Assembly (NCBI RefSeq): GCF_006345805.1
Contig: NC_043002.1
Span: forward strand, 98,270,001-98,334,000
Direction: 5' to 3'
From: Octopus sinensis
Lineage: Eukaryota
DNA length: 64,000 nt
Part shown: in pieces, positions 49,016-63,398 of the stretch
Layout: each line of letters starts with the position of its first letter
Numbering within the stretch: position 1 is the stretch's first letter
Made by a program: the position numbers and the translations under genes
Notes under the pieces: model-generated
Told to the model about the DNA's origin: nothing
Seen by the model: the letters and a program-made list of their open reading frames with translations, nothing else
Databases searched by the model: none

Positions 49016-49275
49016 GAATTTATTTCAAAATGTAGTCAGTTTTTGTCTATTTTTCTTATGAATATTTTTCTTATGAATATAATAGAAAAAGAATGAGGTT
49101 AAGTTAGGTGGGTGCTTGTGGTAATTTGGTGCTGAGATTTTTGGAACTAAAAACAATTGTTATAAAAAAAGGGAGAACTAAATAAATTAAAACGATAAAG
49201 AGATTGTCTGAGAACATAGTTATGTATATGAAATATATGTAGGTATGTATGATTATACATGTGTGTGTATATGTG

Positions 49276-49313
<38 letters not shown>

Positions 49314-49932
49314 ACAGCTCAGTCATGAAGTTGATATATGAAAATGGAAGGAGGGATGCGATAAATGTAAACGAGATGGATAGCTGGAATTATTTGAGCA
49401 ATATTCTATGATTGCAGAATTTACTATTGTCTTTTAAACACAGCGAAAATTAAACGGAATTGTCTAAACATCCACTCATTGTTTAGAAATTTACTCGTTT
49501 TGTCGGAACAACTGCAATCAGCAAAGATAATAAATAACCGTGATGGTGAGGAGATAGAAACTATCACGCAAATTTGTTTATTTCTGTTATAAATTTGGAA
49601 AGCTTAGTTCGTCTCTATGAATTGAACCGCACAACCCATTGTAAACATGATGACACCACGAACCAATTTGGAAACTTGCATGTGGTCGCTCAACATGCTA
49701 GAAACAGTAAACAAATCTTCCTCAAATCATACTGAATCGTCTGAAAATAAATAGAACGTCAGTGTGAAAGGTCCACGACCCACTGTGACGTAAAGACCAC
49801 GAATCAACGAAGGAACCTTCTGTGGTCGCATGGCATGTTATAAATAGTAGCCAAATCTTCAAGTTACTTCCTATCGTCCTAAAAGGGAAGGTCATGTTGA
49901 AATCCCACAACTTACTGTGATGTGTAGACACC

Positions 49933-50166
49933 TATTTCTTTATTACCCACAAGGGGCTAAACATAAAGGGGACAAACAAGGACAGACAGAGGTATTAAGT
50001 CGATTACATCGACCCCAGTGCGTAACTGGTACTTAATTTATCGACCCCGAATGGATGAAAGGCAAAGTCGACCTCGGCGGAATTTGAACTCGGAACGTAA
50101 CGACAAACGAAATACGGCTCCGCATTTCGACCGGCGTGCTAACGTTTCTGCCAGCTCGCCGCCTTC
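49933..50166 (-). mobile_element. SINE family C monomer, 18-bp TSD
   Basis: TSD ctgtgatgtgtagacacc at 49915-49932 and 50167-50184. Confidence 0.94.
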
Positions 50167-50569
50167 CTGTGATGTGTAGACACCACGAACCAATGGGTAA
50201 ACCTTTGTGCGGTCACTCGATCTTCTAAAAATAGCAGTTGAATCTTCCCCAAATCACATCATATTGGGAAATGTCTGTTATTTGGATTTACAAAATTATA
50301 GAATAATCATGGCTAGGATGCCTTTTAATGATAGTATCTACTCAGTTCGGGCTGTTCTGGGACCAAATCACGACAGAAGTTCTATAGAGAAATATTGCTT
50401 CTTCCCCATCTTTTCTCTCTCTCTCTCAGCTTGTCTCTCCTCTCTCTCTCGCTCTCTCTACTCCCAACTCATTCACTTTCCATCTCTTTCTCCTCTTTTT
50501 CTGCTACCTGTCTGTTTCGAGATACAATAGAGCTTACACCACTGTTCAGTCAGTAGTGTTTGTCCTACC

Positions 50570-50986
50570 TATTTCTTTACTACCCACAAGGGGCTAAACA
50601 CAGAGAGGATAAACAAGGACAGACAAACGGATTAAGTCGATTATATCGACCCCAGTGCGTAACTGGTACTTATTTAATCGACCCCAAAAAGATGAAAGGC
50701 AAAGTTGACCTCGGCGGAATTTGAACTCAGAACGTAGCGGCAGACGAAATACCTATTTCTTTATTACCCACAAGGGGCTAAACATAGAGGGGACAAACAA
50801 GGACAGACAAACGGATTAAGTCGATTAGATCGACCCCAGTGCGTAACTGGTACTTATTTAATCGACCCCAATAGGATGAAAGGCAAAGTTGACCTCGGCG
50901 GAATTTGAACTCAGAACGTAGCGGCAGACGAAATACCGCTAAGCATTTCGCCCGACGTGCTAACGTTTCTGCCAGCTCGCCGCCTT
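50570..50986 (-). mobile_element. SINE family C dimer
   Basis: TSD tgtcctacc at 50561-50569 and 50987-50995; junction gacgaaatacc|tatttc. Confidence 0.93.
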
Positions 50987-51339
50987 TGTCCTACCGCCAG
51001 ACGCAACCCATAGCTGTTATCTTCCTTGTTGAAGTTGCTGTATTCGCTGTACTCGTTTGTGACTTGATATCTAACCCAGCCTTGGGGCGATATATCTTGT
51101 GGTGTTAGCAATTTTCATAGTTGCACTGAAGTGAGCGACCTCTCCAGCGCACAATCCTGGATTCTTATATGGAAATCATGAATTGTCTTGACAGAAAGTT
51201 GACAGTACGTTGACACCAGTCTGTCTATAGAAATTGCCGGGAAGGCATCGAGTCGAGTACCAAACTACCATTCGGGATCAACTTCAGGTTTATTTATTAT
51301 AAAGTTTATTCCCTAGCATTTTGGCACTGATGATATTTA

Positions 51340-51579
51340 CCCATAACAAGCATGCGGTTTCGGGTTCAGTTCCAATATTCGGCACTTTGGGCAAATATTT
51401 TCTACTATAGTTCCGGGTTGACCAATGCATTGTGAGTGAATTTGGTTAGCGAAAACTGAGGGGAAGCCCGTCGGATATATATATATAGAGTAACCTATAG
51501 ACCAGCTATATCTATCTTTATATACTCTTCTGCCCTATAACTTTAAGTGTGCTTCTCTTTCGGATTTATGATTTACTGA

Positions 51580-51620
<41 letters not shown>

Positions 51621-51800
51621 AATAGATATAGATATGCGTGTGTCTTTGTGTTTTGGCCTTCCTCACTGCTTGACAACCAGTGTTTGTGTACGACCCCGTA
51701 GCTTAGAGGTTCGGCAGAAGACCGATAAGATAAGTATTAGACTTACCAAATGAATACTGGGATCGTTCGACTAAACTCTTCAACTGACTGTGAAACAAAC
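51340..51800 (+). mobile_element. SINE family A, decayed
   Basis: cgggttcagttcc...ttgggcaaata...gcttgacaaccagtg. Confidence 0.7.
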
Positions 51801-52532
51801 GAAAGATAAAGAAAGCTAGGAATCTGTAATTCTGGGTTGGAGGCCCACTTTAGGCATTCTGTCAGTCAGAGCTCGCTGTTACCGAGGTGGCTTGTGTCAG
51901 ACAGAAGCATAACGCTCTCTACCATATGTTGCACAAGTAGAACAGTATTTATACATGTATAGTATGTTAAATGCTGTCTTACGTGTGGGACACTTAGTAC
52001 ATGGCCGTGTCAATGAATATTTTTCATTTGATCCGAATATAATATAAGCAATTCATAAGTTTTCTCTTATGACAAATCAGAAATTGCAGACAATTGCTTG
52101 ATTCAACTTTTTTTCTTCTTCTTCTCCGTCGTTATTTTGAATGGGATATCGTAACGAATTCAAAAATACGAGATGCAGATGATAGCTTTCCTTCTATGGT
52201 ATAACCACAGAAAGTAAACAAACCGACCTTCAAGTTTTTATTGAGCAAAATAAATAAATAAATAAACAAACAAAAATTAAACGATTTACTTTGGTTATTG
52301 AATTCATTTGTCATTCTCCCACGTCAGTTCAGTGTCGTTTGAATTTATTCATAAAACCTATAGTAATAACTTCCTAAGGTTTCTAGAAGTTTTGAATTAG
52401 TATAAACTAACAGTACACGTGAACATTGCATGGTTATTTTGGCAACTGTAAGATATCAATAATGTGTGTGTGTGTGTGTGTGTGTGGTTGTAAAGCAAAG
52501 TCATTTTTAATGTTTTCCTCAATAGTTACCAT

Positions 52533-52745
52533 TACTCTTTTATTTGTTTCAGTCATTTGACTGCGGCCATGCTGGAGCACCGCCTTTAATCGAGCAACTC
52601 GACCCCGGGACTTATTCTTTTGTAAGCCCAGTACTTATTCTATCGGTCTCTTTTGCTGAACCGCTAAGTAACGGGGACATAAACACACCAGCATCGGTTG
52701 TCAAACAATGCTAGGGGGACAAAAACACTCACACAAACACACACA

Positions 52746-52800
<55 letters not shown>

Positions 52801-52905
52801 GACGGGCTTCTTTCAGTTTCCGTCTACCAAATGCACTCACAAGGCTTTAGTCGGCCCGAGGCTATAGTAGAAGACACTTGCCCAAGGTGCCACGCAGTGG
52901 GACTG
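52533..52905 (-). mobile_element. SINE family A, slightly 5'-truncated
   Basis: High identity to 1421-1832. Confidence 0.92.
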
Positions 52906-53065
52906 TAGACAATTTTTTTTTTGCCTAAACGAAAAGAATGTGCAATCTATCTGTATGTTATATGCACGCGCAGGGGCATATACAATTAAACCTCTGTAAC
53001 ATTTAAAAAAATTTTTGTTCTGGAACAAGTGAATAACGGCATCAAATTCAGTGTAATAAAATTAT

Positions 53066-53238
53066 GGCGATCCTTCGATATAGGTACCGTCAGTACCGGA
53101 AGTGGCTTTGATTACATTTCTGAAGATAACAGAAACCCTTTTCTCCCACCCCTAACCCTAACCCTAAACCTAATCCCCCACATATAAAACAAAAACACTT
53201 TCTTGAAATGTATCCGGTACTTATACCGAAGTTACGCC
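53066..53238. mobile_element. MITE with GGCG-starting TIRs, 8-bp TSD and internal (CCCTAA)n
   Basis: TIRs ggcgatccttcgatataggtaccg / cggtacttataccgaagttacgcc; TSD aaaattat at 53058-53065 and 53239-53246. Confidence 0.75.
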
Positions 53239-53725
53239 AAAATTATATCAGTATACCAAATTTGAAAATTTTCACTTAATCTTAAAATTTCAAAGATGGA
53301 AGCCAAACAGAAATGATCTCACGCTGTTTTTTTCCTGCCTCTTAGTGGCATGGAGAAATCTTGATTTCTGAAATTATCTCCCTTGCTCATTTGGGCTTAT
53401 ACCAATAGCCAACAAGCGCTTGGCCTTAACTGTCTCTGGAAGCGGAGATGATTTCAATAAATCGAATACCTATCTTGTATGTTATTTAATTCCGTTTTGC
53501 TATAGGCACAAAGCTTGAAACTTCATAGGAGCGGAGGAGGGGGTATATCGATTATATCGATCCCAGAGCTTAACTGGTACTTATTTAATCGAGCCCCAAA
53601 GGACGAAAGGCAACATTGAACTCGAAATGTCGTTATACACTTTCTATTAACGTGCCAACAATTCTGCCACCTCGTAACTCCATCAGTTTTTTTTTTTGTT
53701 TGTTTTGTTATTTACTCTACCCTTT

Positions 53726-54118
53726 GTGGAGGCGCAATGGCCCAGTGGTTAGGGCAGCGGACTCGCGGTCATAGGATCGCGGTTTCGATTCCCAGACCGG
53801 GCGTTGTGAGTGTTTATTGAGCGAAAACACCTAAAAAAGCTCCACGAGGCTCCGGCAGGGGATGGTGGTGATCCCTGCTGTACTCTTTCACCACAACTTT
53901 CTCTCACTCTTAACTTCCTGTTTCTGTTGTACCTGTATTTCAAAGGGCCCGCCTTGTCACTCTCTGTGTCACGCTGAATATCCCCGAGAACTACGTTAAG
54001 GGTTCACGTGTCTTTGGAGTGCTCAGCCACTTACACGTTAATTTCACGAGCAGGCTGTTCCGTTGATTCGGATCAACCGGAACCCTCGTCGTCGTAACCG
54101 ACGGAGTGCTTCCATTCC
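53726..54118 (+). mobile_element. SINE family B subfamily 2
   Basis: TSD actctaccc at 53714-53722 and 54119-54127. Confidence 0.95.
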
Positions 54119-54235
54119 ACTCTACCCATTAATATTCAGATACATGCCATTGGCGACTCGGTTCTCTTAGCTTATAACCTTTATATTCTTTACATTTACA
54201 CACACGCGCACGCACGCTATATTCTGTATGTAATT

Positions 54236-54634
54236 ATGTGTAGATATAGATTCACACACACACACATGCACTCACACACACACCTATATGCATATTTATA
54301 TATGTATACATGTGTTTATATGCTTATGTATGTGTACATATATATACACATACACACATATATATATAATGTGTGTATGTGTATATATATAATATATATA
54401 TGTATGTATGTTTATATATATATGTATGTATGTTTATATATATATGTATGTATGTTTATATATATATATGTATGTATGTTTATATATGTTTATATATATA
54501 TATATATATGTTATATATATATATGTATGTATGTTTATGTATGTTTATGTATGTTTATATATGTTTATATATATATAATATGTATGTATGTTTATATATG
54601 TTTATATATATATATATATATATATATTTGTATG

Positions 54635-54680
<46 letters not shown>
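54236..54680. repeat. Compound (TA/TATG/TG)n low-complexity tract
   Basis: Direct reading; explains the 180-aa and 113-aa ORFs. Confidence 0.95.
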
Positions 54681-54681
<1 letters not shown>

Positions 54682-55996
54682 TATAACTTGTGTGTGTCAG
54701 TGTCGGCAACGTAAACGCACGCTTAATCTCATCTCTGTTTTCTCTGCTTATTATCGATCAGAAATAGGTCAAAGGTGACTCCTAAATTTCTTCTTACTGA
54801 CGATAGAAATAATATTAGCAAAAGTAGTCAAGACGCTTCCCTTTGAAGTCTGAAGTATGAAGGACATGGTTGTGGTAGCTGGGTTGGTAGGGGGTTAATG
54901 TCAGCAGCATGGATGATAAGGGTTGGGGTCTGCATTCGGTAGCGGCAGTGGTGACGTGTGTCGGACGGACGGACGGACTGTGACGGGGTCGTTGGCGGAG
55001 GGAAGAACGTTCAGTTTATCATATTATATACAGGACGTGTTCTTGTAATTTATCATGTCTGTAAAATTCCGACAGATATGACGGTTTCTCTTGTAGCTTT
55101 CGGTCTATAAAGTCAACCAACTGTTGTTGTTGGCTATTACAATTTAACATAGTGTGACAGGTGTTGTTGTTGGTGATGATAGTGTTGGTGGGGTTGCCTC
55201 TGTTGTTTGCGATTGATATTTATATTATACCACTGGTTAATTTTGTTGGTTTAATATTGATGTACACGGCTACAGTTGAGTGCGCAAGCTCGCATATAGC
55301 TTCGCACGCTCACACACTTATAACACATAGACTTATACACATACGCGTATGCAAACAATTGATTTCATATTCATTGAAAAGTTCATACACTTACATATAT
55401 ACAGATTCATAAATAAATAGCCCATTCGTGATAAATACATGTATATAGGAAAGAGAAAGTCAGACAGACGGATGGAATGAGACGGGGGAGAGAGCGAGAG
55501 AAAAAAAAAGACCGTGGAAGAAAGAAAGAGAGAGAAAGGCGCGTAATTGTATATGGGAAAGGATGAAGAAATAAAGGGAACAATCTCGTCTGGTTGTCAA
55601 TGAATGATGACGTGTAAGTTTGTGTGATGTAATCAGTGACGACAGACGATGTTTAACCCCAGGTTAGCTCTGATCATTTTGACGTGACCATCCTGTCTTT
55701 ACATCTTTAGTGCAGAATACCTAGGATCACATTATCCAAGGTTATAAGGTTATGCTCCAGAGTAGTCAGGATTTCGACCGTGAAGGTTTTAAGGTGGAGA
55801 CCAGTTATTAAAATGGATCCACTATTAACCGTTTAATTCGATGTGTGGAGGGGCGTTAGGGTGTTGCTCTCATGATCGTATGAATGTGGTTTCGATTCCT
55901 GGGCCAGGCGATGCGTTGCGTTCTTGAGTAAAAAAACTTGAGACAGGCGTTATGAGCCTATGGCTTGGGGAGGACCTTTGATCCTCATATATATAT

Positions 55997-56390
55997 ATAT
56001 AAGAGGCTTGCTTCCCAGACACATGGTTCCGTGTTCAGTCCCACTGCATGGCACCTTGGTCGAGTACCTTCTACTATAGCCTCGAACCGACCAAAGTCTT
56101 GTGAGTGGATTTTGTAGATGGAAACTGAAAGAAGCCCGTCGTATACACATACACGCACATATATGCATGTGGGTGTATGTGTGTGTCTTTGTCCCCTATT
56201 CCCACTTGATAACCGGTGTTGGTGTGTTTACGTCCTCGTAACATAGTGGTTCGGCAAAGAAACCGATGGAATAAGTACTACGCTTACAAAGATCAAGTTC
56301 TGGGGCGGCGATTTCTTCTTCGACTAAAAAGCTCTTTAAGGCGGTACTCCAGCATGGTCGCAGTCAAATGATTTGAAACAACTAAAAGAA
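55997..56390 (+). mobile_element. SINE family A, older copy
   Basis: gcttgcttcccagacacatggttcc...ggtcgcagtcaaatgatttgaaac. Confidence 0.8.
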
Positions 56391-56455
56391 TATATAGTGA
56401 ACTGCGGGAGGGTAACCATTCAAATTGTCGTCACTAGCTATGAGGTGCTGGAGTC

Positions 56456-56502
<47 letters not shown>

Positions 56503-56868
56503 GGCAGCAAGGTCCGATTTGAGGGAGATTTATGTGCTTCTATTTCTGGCGGGTGGATTGACTTACGTACAACCTCCCTCGTTGGCGCTTAGAGTTTCGT
56601 GCTCGCATGTCGTCACACATGAAGACGATGGTGATGACGATAAAGTATTGTATTCTTAACAACACTGGAAATGTTCTCTGCTCTAAAAGAAGAGAGAGAG
56701 AGAGAAATATATTTCGGTAGCCGAAAGCAGAACTTAATGAGAAAATGATGAGTGGTTTGATTGTTTTACATCGCCTAGATAAAATACTATCACACGAGAA
56801 GGAGGAAATCAACGGTGTGTAACTATCATATTCGATTCGTATCTTTTAATGTCTGCGACTTGCAAGGA

Positions 56869-56900
<32 letters not shown>

Positions 56901-56975
56901 CTTGTGTGTGTGAGTGTGTACATATATATATGTATGTATAAAACATAATAACATCTATGTATATATTTTATAACT

Positions 56976-57014
<39 letters not shown>

Positions 57015-57207
57015 AAAATATACGTGTCTGTCTATGCATGACATTTATTTTCCTTTCTTCTGCCTCTCCTTTCTCCCTCCGCTTTATCTTTCTGCAGACT
57101 ATCTGTCTGTGTGTCTGTCTGTCTGTCTGTCTGTTTCCCTCTCACAATCTGTATAACCTTTCGCTCATTTGTCCTTCTTCAACTTCTGTTTTTCTTCGCC
57201 CTCTCTG

Positions 57208-57238
<31 letters not shown>

Positions 57239-57269
57239 CTTATCTTCATCACACCTATCTTTCGTCCGC

Positions 57270-57320
<51 letters not shown>

Positions 57321-57672
57321 ATGCATTTAAAACATCGAAGGTAGGGACCCATTATCATTTTAAGCCAACTTGAACGGCCTGCGACTTCCAGCGCCTTAAA
57401 GCAAGCAATAGCTAAGCTCCCGTCGAGTATTTTTCAAAATTTTTTTTCCCCCATCACATTTCTTCTACTACAGTTTCAATATTTCACTGCATTATAGTCA
57501 ATAAAATATTGACAAACTGACAAGCGGCACACTTAACATTCGCTATGCTCCCGCTCTCCTCAGCCCTCAAACTTGTATTCGGTTCGTTTTCATATCACAA
57601 ACATGTTTGCAAAATTGCAAATAAATAAATAAATATAAAACAAAGAACATCAAGCTGTATATGTGTATATAT

Positions 57673-58069
57673 CTCTTTTACTCTTTTACTTGTTTCAGTC
57701 ATTTGACTGCGGCCATGCTGGAGCACCGCCTTTAGTCGAGCAAATCGACCCCCAGGACTTATTCTTTGTAAGCCCAGTACTTATTCTATCGGTCTCTTTC
57801 GCCGAACCGCTAAGTGACGGGGACGTAAACACACCAGCATCGGCTGTCAAGCAATACTAGGGGGACAAACACAGACACACAAACATATACACACACACTT
57901 ATATATATATATATACATATATACGACGGGCTTCTTTCAGTTTCCGTCTACCAAATCCACTCACAAGGCATTGGTCGGCCCGGGGCTATAGCAGAAGACA
58001 CTTGCCCAAGATGCCACGCAGTGGGACTGAACCCGGAACCATGTGGTTGTTTAGCAAGCTACTTACCAC
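57673..58069 (-). mobile_element. SINE family A, near full length
   Basis: High identity to 29534-29922. Confidence 0.93.
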
Positions 58070-58208
58070 GTTGACATTTAACAAACATCATTAATAATAT
58101 TTACAATATATTAATAATATGAGCTGGCATGCTTTGCGGCAGTTTATCCATCTTTATATTCTGGGTTCAAATTCCACAGAATTTGACACTGCCTTTCATC
58201 CTTTAGGC

Positions 58209-58560
58209 GCAGGAGTGGCTGTGTGGCAAGTAGCTTGCTTACCAACCATATGGTTCCGGTTCAGTCCCACTACGTGACACCTTAGGCAATTGTCTTTTCC
58301 TATAGTTCCATAGCCACGGGCCAACCAAAGCCTTGTGAGTGAAAATGCCGTCTTGTGTGTCTGTGTGTTTCTTTATGTCTCTGTCCCTCACGACAGCTTC
58401 ACAACCGGTATTTGTGTGTTTACGTTCCCGTATCTTAGCGGTTCGACATAAGAGGCCGGTGGTGTGAGATTCTGTCTAAAAAATGAAGTGCTCTGGTCGA
58501 TTCGTTTGGTTAAAATTCTTCCAGGCGGTGCCCCAATACGGCTGCAGTTTAATGGTTGAT
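58209..58560 (+). mobile_element. SINE family A, decayed
   Basis: caggagtggctgtgtggcaagtagc... head; decayed body. Confidence 0.75.
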
Positions 58561-59757
58561 AGATATGAAAATCTGATGCTTTGGTCACGACTAGAAGGCC
58601 TTGATCATAGATATGTTTGAGCTTTAAATAATCGTTAACATATTTTCCCAAAATATATAGTATCAGAAACAGAAAACGATGATTCACAACGATAACACTT
58701 GCAATGGATTTAATCTCAAGATCCATTCTCTGTTGCCTAATATCATATATTAATAGCTTTAACTTGTTTTTAATAACTCATGAGAATGGCGCCTCTGAGT
58801 AATTTGTGATTAAGCATGAAGAAGACTGTTTTGCCGAGAAGGCCTCATAAGACCAAAGCAAGTCTGGGTTGTCGTCCTTACTTACCAAGATCAGATTAAA
58901 TAAATATTAGTCATTGTGTTAATGTGTTATTTGCATCATCGTATACGTAATTTTAATATTTGTTTTCGCCATACTACATTAACTTAGTTTGCATTGCGTC
59001 CTCAACGCCTGCTGGAATCGAAGAAACGCAATCATGGTACATACAGAGTGTCTTGGGCATTTTATATCTGCCGAAGCACTTGTCATTCCAGGTCTGACTA
59101 TAGCCGCTTTCGTTCGGAGAGAGATAGATAGATAGAGAGATAGAGAGAGAGAAGACTGATCTTTTCGAATTTTGGATAGGTACTTTATTTAACGATGATG
59201 AAAAAAAAAGATGACCTCGGCGGGATATGAGCGCAGAGCATAGAATATCGGAACGAATACCGTAACACATTCTTTGCAATACTCTGCCAAGTCGTTGCCT
59301 CTTTATTAACTTTTATGGTCATAACAATCATTCATATCCAATCGACAGTTTCTCTTCTTTACCAACAAAGGACATTAGTATGTCGGCGAACCATCGTTAC
59401 TTTATAACTCGCTTTTCTAGCTAGAAAAGTTAGGAAAAGATAAAAAGAAGGAAAATACTGATGACATGAAATACGTCATATACTGTTTCTGCTTATTTGT
59501 TGTTTTTGTTGTTTTTTTTGTTCTCTTAAAACAAAGAAAATTGGCGGGAAGGTCCAACATAAACATCCACCCAAATGCAAACATAACAGATATGATATTG
59601 TTCTTTGAAACCGAGAACAAAATGTACACATGTTCTGTTGTTGAAGTTAATTACCTAATTCTGTGCATGGTGCATGGTGTGTGTGTGTGTGGTACGCTCT
59701 ACTGCAAATAGAATTTTCAGTATAGTATAGTATAGTGTGTGTGTGTGTGTGTGTGTG

Positions 59758-59805
<48 letters not shown>

Positions 59806-60810
59806 ATGTATGTCGTTTGTGTTTATAGTTTTAGTCTTTTGCTAATTTCATCCATTGCACTTAACTATTTATTGGCACAGACCATCACTCATTTCTTTAC
59901 ATTCTACTGTTTCTCTATGCAAACAAGCCCCTACGTTATGGAATCTTTGCGCTTCTGAAAACCTTGTTGTTGAACTGTATACCGTATGTAAAACCTGTTT
60001 TTCCGTTACTGCTATGTTACATATAAATCAAATGGGAAATGTGATTCACGTTACGAAATACTTATGTGCTAATTTTTTTTTTTCCGAAACGTAATCGTGT
60101 TATGGTAGTTATGAACCGTAAATACAAGTTCGAAAATTTTTCAAGAAAGGAAAAGAAATCTGATGAAAATTTCACTGAAACTTTACTAAATTAATCAACG
60201 GGAGGAGGCTTATGCAGATATGCAAAGGTGCTTTCAACGAATGATCATTCAATTCACCAATTCTGTTGGTCTAAATTCTAACAAAATAACTTTCAGACCG
60301 GATACAGTCAGACACGTATACACACAGATACTGCTTTGCGTACTTCATATCTTTGTGGTTGAAAGATGTGTGTGTGTGTGTATGTGTAAATAAGCTGCAG
60401 AGTGTCGCATTAGTATATATGTTTGCATGTACAATGCGTATAAGTACATCATCTGTGTTTGTATATGCATACGCTTACGTGTGCAGTTGTGAATAGACGT
60501 ATGTGAGTTGTGGGTGATAATGTATTGTCTGCTGGAAATACCGAAAGGAATAAATAAACGCATAAGCCCCCATCATCCCAACTTAACGGTAGATAGTATC
60601 TTTATGGAGAGCTAGCTCTCTGTTCTGTGAATGTGTGTCTAGTATTGCTGGTAAAGGTATCAGATATCACAGAGCACAGGTCTATTTAGGAAAGCTGATA
60701 ACCTAAGATGGCTCCGAGATCAGACGAGAGTTAATGGCAGATGCAATGAAGATTACATATATGTTGTTACGAGTTTAACGGATGGTTGACATATAGAGAT
60801 AGATAGTTAA

Positions 60811-60851
<41 letters not shown>

Positions 60852-61539
60852 CAACTTCGTATATAGATACTAAGAAAGAGAGAGGAAAAGGGTACAAAAT
60901 GACGTTCGGAGAAAAAGGGTGAGAGGAGAAGAGAAAAAGAACGAAGGGGAGAAGGAGGGAATAATGGAGAAAGAAAGACAAACATATTACAGGGTAGGAG
61001 TTTTAAGGTGGTGGAGGCGGTGGAGAAAGAGAAATTAACCTTTAAAGATGAAGAGAAAAAAAGGAGAAAATAAGACTGAGTGGGAGGGGAAATTGAAGGG
61101 GAGGAATATATTAAATAAGAAAGGGTGGGGAGGTAAAAGAAATAGAAAGAGGGATAGCAGAAGAAAATAAGGAGGGAGAGAAATTGATATAGATAGATAG
61201 ATAAAACAGAAAGAGAGGAGGTAGGAGGATATGAAATGCGAGTTTAAAAAATGGGGTGGAAGTGGGAGACAGAAATAAAGAAGAATGAAAGGTGGAGGAA
61301 GTAAGATCTACGTTGTCAGAGAAATTGACGAAGTGGAGAAGAAAAGCTTCCCGTGAGAGGGATTAGAGAAAGATAGACACAGATTTAGAGAGAGAGAAAG
61401 ATAGCTGGGTAGAAGGCAGAGTGTAAACTAGTGAGGGAGGAAAGAGCGAGAGAAACAGAAAGAAGCTGAGAGAGAGAGAGAGAGAGAGAGTAAAAAAACA
61501 AAAATGTGTCGTCTGCTCAATCAAAAAAGAAGCGGGAAA

Positions 61540-61745
61540 ATGATTGAATGGTGTGGTCGCTTGGTCTAGCAGAAATAGAAGCCAAAATCTCTCATAAATC
61601 ATAAAGAAGTGACTTTAAAATAGAAGGACTCGATGTATAATAGACTCCTGGATGTATAAAAAGATAGAATGGTGAATACTGAGTTGCCTTTGATCAAAGT
61701 TCCGCTTGTTCAAGGCTGACCTACGAATCAATGGCAATAACGAAG
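61540..61745 (+). mobile_element. Old repeat family G
   Basis: ctagcagaaatagaagccaaaatctctcataaatc...tgcctttgatcaaag. Confidence 0.6.
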
Positions 61746-62099
61746 ATAGTTACGAACCATCGATGGAGCTTCTACGTAGTTGATCGGTATACTAGAAATA
61801 GCAACTAAAATTTCCTTCAAATCACATCATATCTTTTTTAAATATTCAAGGATTGGACACATTCAGTAATAATGTGTTACAGCTGGAACGCTTTGGCCGA
61901 TCAATTGGCTGGACCAGACCCAACCTGGGGTGAGTTTCTTAAATACACAATTTATAATATATATATATATATATATATGTATATTTGTGGAACTGCTAAA
62001 TTATAATTATAGGACTTAATGGAGCAGAACATAAGAGCTTTTAGGGTTAAAACAACACGCTCTCGTATTCATGCACTCAGACATGCATGCATATATATT

Positions 62100-62316
62100 T
62101 TCTACTCTAGGTACAAGGCCAGAAATTTCTGGGGAGGAGCCAATTGATTAGATCGACCCCAGTACGCACCTGGTACTTAATTTATCGACCCAGTACGCAA
62201 CTGGTACTTAATTTATCGATTCCGAAAGGATGAAAGGCAAAGTCGACCTCGGCGGAATTTGAACTCAGAACGTAAGGGCAGACGAAGCATTTCGCCCGGC
62301 GTGTTAACGTTTCTGC
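62100..62316 (-). mobile_element. SINE family C' with a 31-bp internal tandem duplication
   Basis: atcgacccc?agtacgca(c/a)ctggtacttaattt repeated at about 62153 and 62184. Confidence 0.85.
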
Positions 62317-62470
62317 ATACATATTATACATGCATACATATATAGATACATTAAATGTATCAGTTTCGAGTTCAGTCCCATTGTGTCTTCTGTTAGAACT
62401 CTCGGTCCCAATAAAACCTTGTGAGTGAATTTAGTTGATGGAAACTGAAACGAAACCTGCTGTGTGTGCA

Positions 62471-62514
<44 letters not shown>

Positions 62515-63078
62515 TCGATTCGAGTTCAACACTTACAACATTTTCCTCAAAAATCGTAACACTTACATAATTAGATTAATTAAAACATGTAGTAAGCGAC
62601 TGGTTGAAAATCTTACTCCACTAAAATTTCGTAAAATGGAAAGTAAATTTGACGCTTAATTTACGAAATTTCAAATCCAAAACAAGTTGGTCTAACATTT
62701 ATTGACATTTCCCAGCTAAAATCGTAAAAATAAATGCGAAACAATTGACTGAAAATATTTGATATATTTGTTGTACACACCACTAAAAAAGTGATGCAGT
62801 ACAATTTTTCACACATCAATCAGCAGAGGTTTTGAATAAAACGAACTTCTCGACTACAGAGTTGGGTATGCGAGTAATGGTAGAGTGCAGGGGAAATTTT
62901 TTGTAAACCTCCGGAATGTAAAATAATTGCGGCTGAGTTCAAATTCCTCCGAGGTCAACTTTATTTTTCATTCTTTCGAGGTCGTTAAAATAAGTGCACT
63001 GGCATCGATGTAATCACTTACCCGTCCCCCAAATTTTCAGGCTTTGTGCCTATAGTAGAAAGAATTATTATTTAAGGC

Positions 63079-63398
63079 GTGGAGACGAAATGGCCCAGTG
63101 GTTAGGGCAGCGGACTCGCGGTCGGAGGATCGCGGTTTCGATTCCCAGACCGGGCGTTGTGTGTGTTTATTGAGCGAAAACACTTAAAAGCTCCACAAGG
63201 CTCCGGCAGGGGTGGGGGTGGCGACCCCTCTTGTACTCTTTCACCACAACTTTCTCTCACTCTCTCTTCTTGTTTCTTGAGTAACGCTGCGATGGACTAG
63301 CGTCCCATCCAGCTGGGGAGGGACACATACGCCACAGAAACCGGGAAACCGGGCCCATGAGCCGGGCTAGGCTTGAAAAGGGCGCATAAATAAAAATA
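63079..63398 (+). mobile_element. SINE family B2 (family B head, different 3' half), 12-bp TSD
   Basis: TSD attatttaaggc at 63067-63078 and 63399-63410. Confidence 0.9.
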
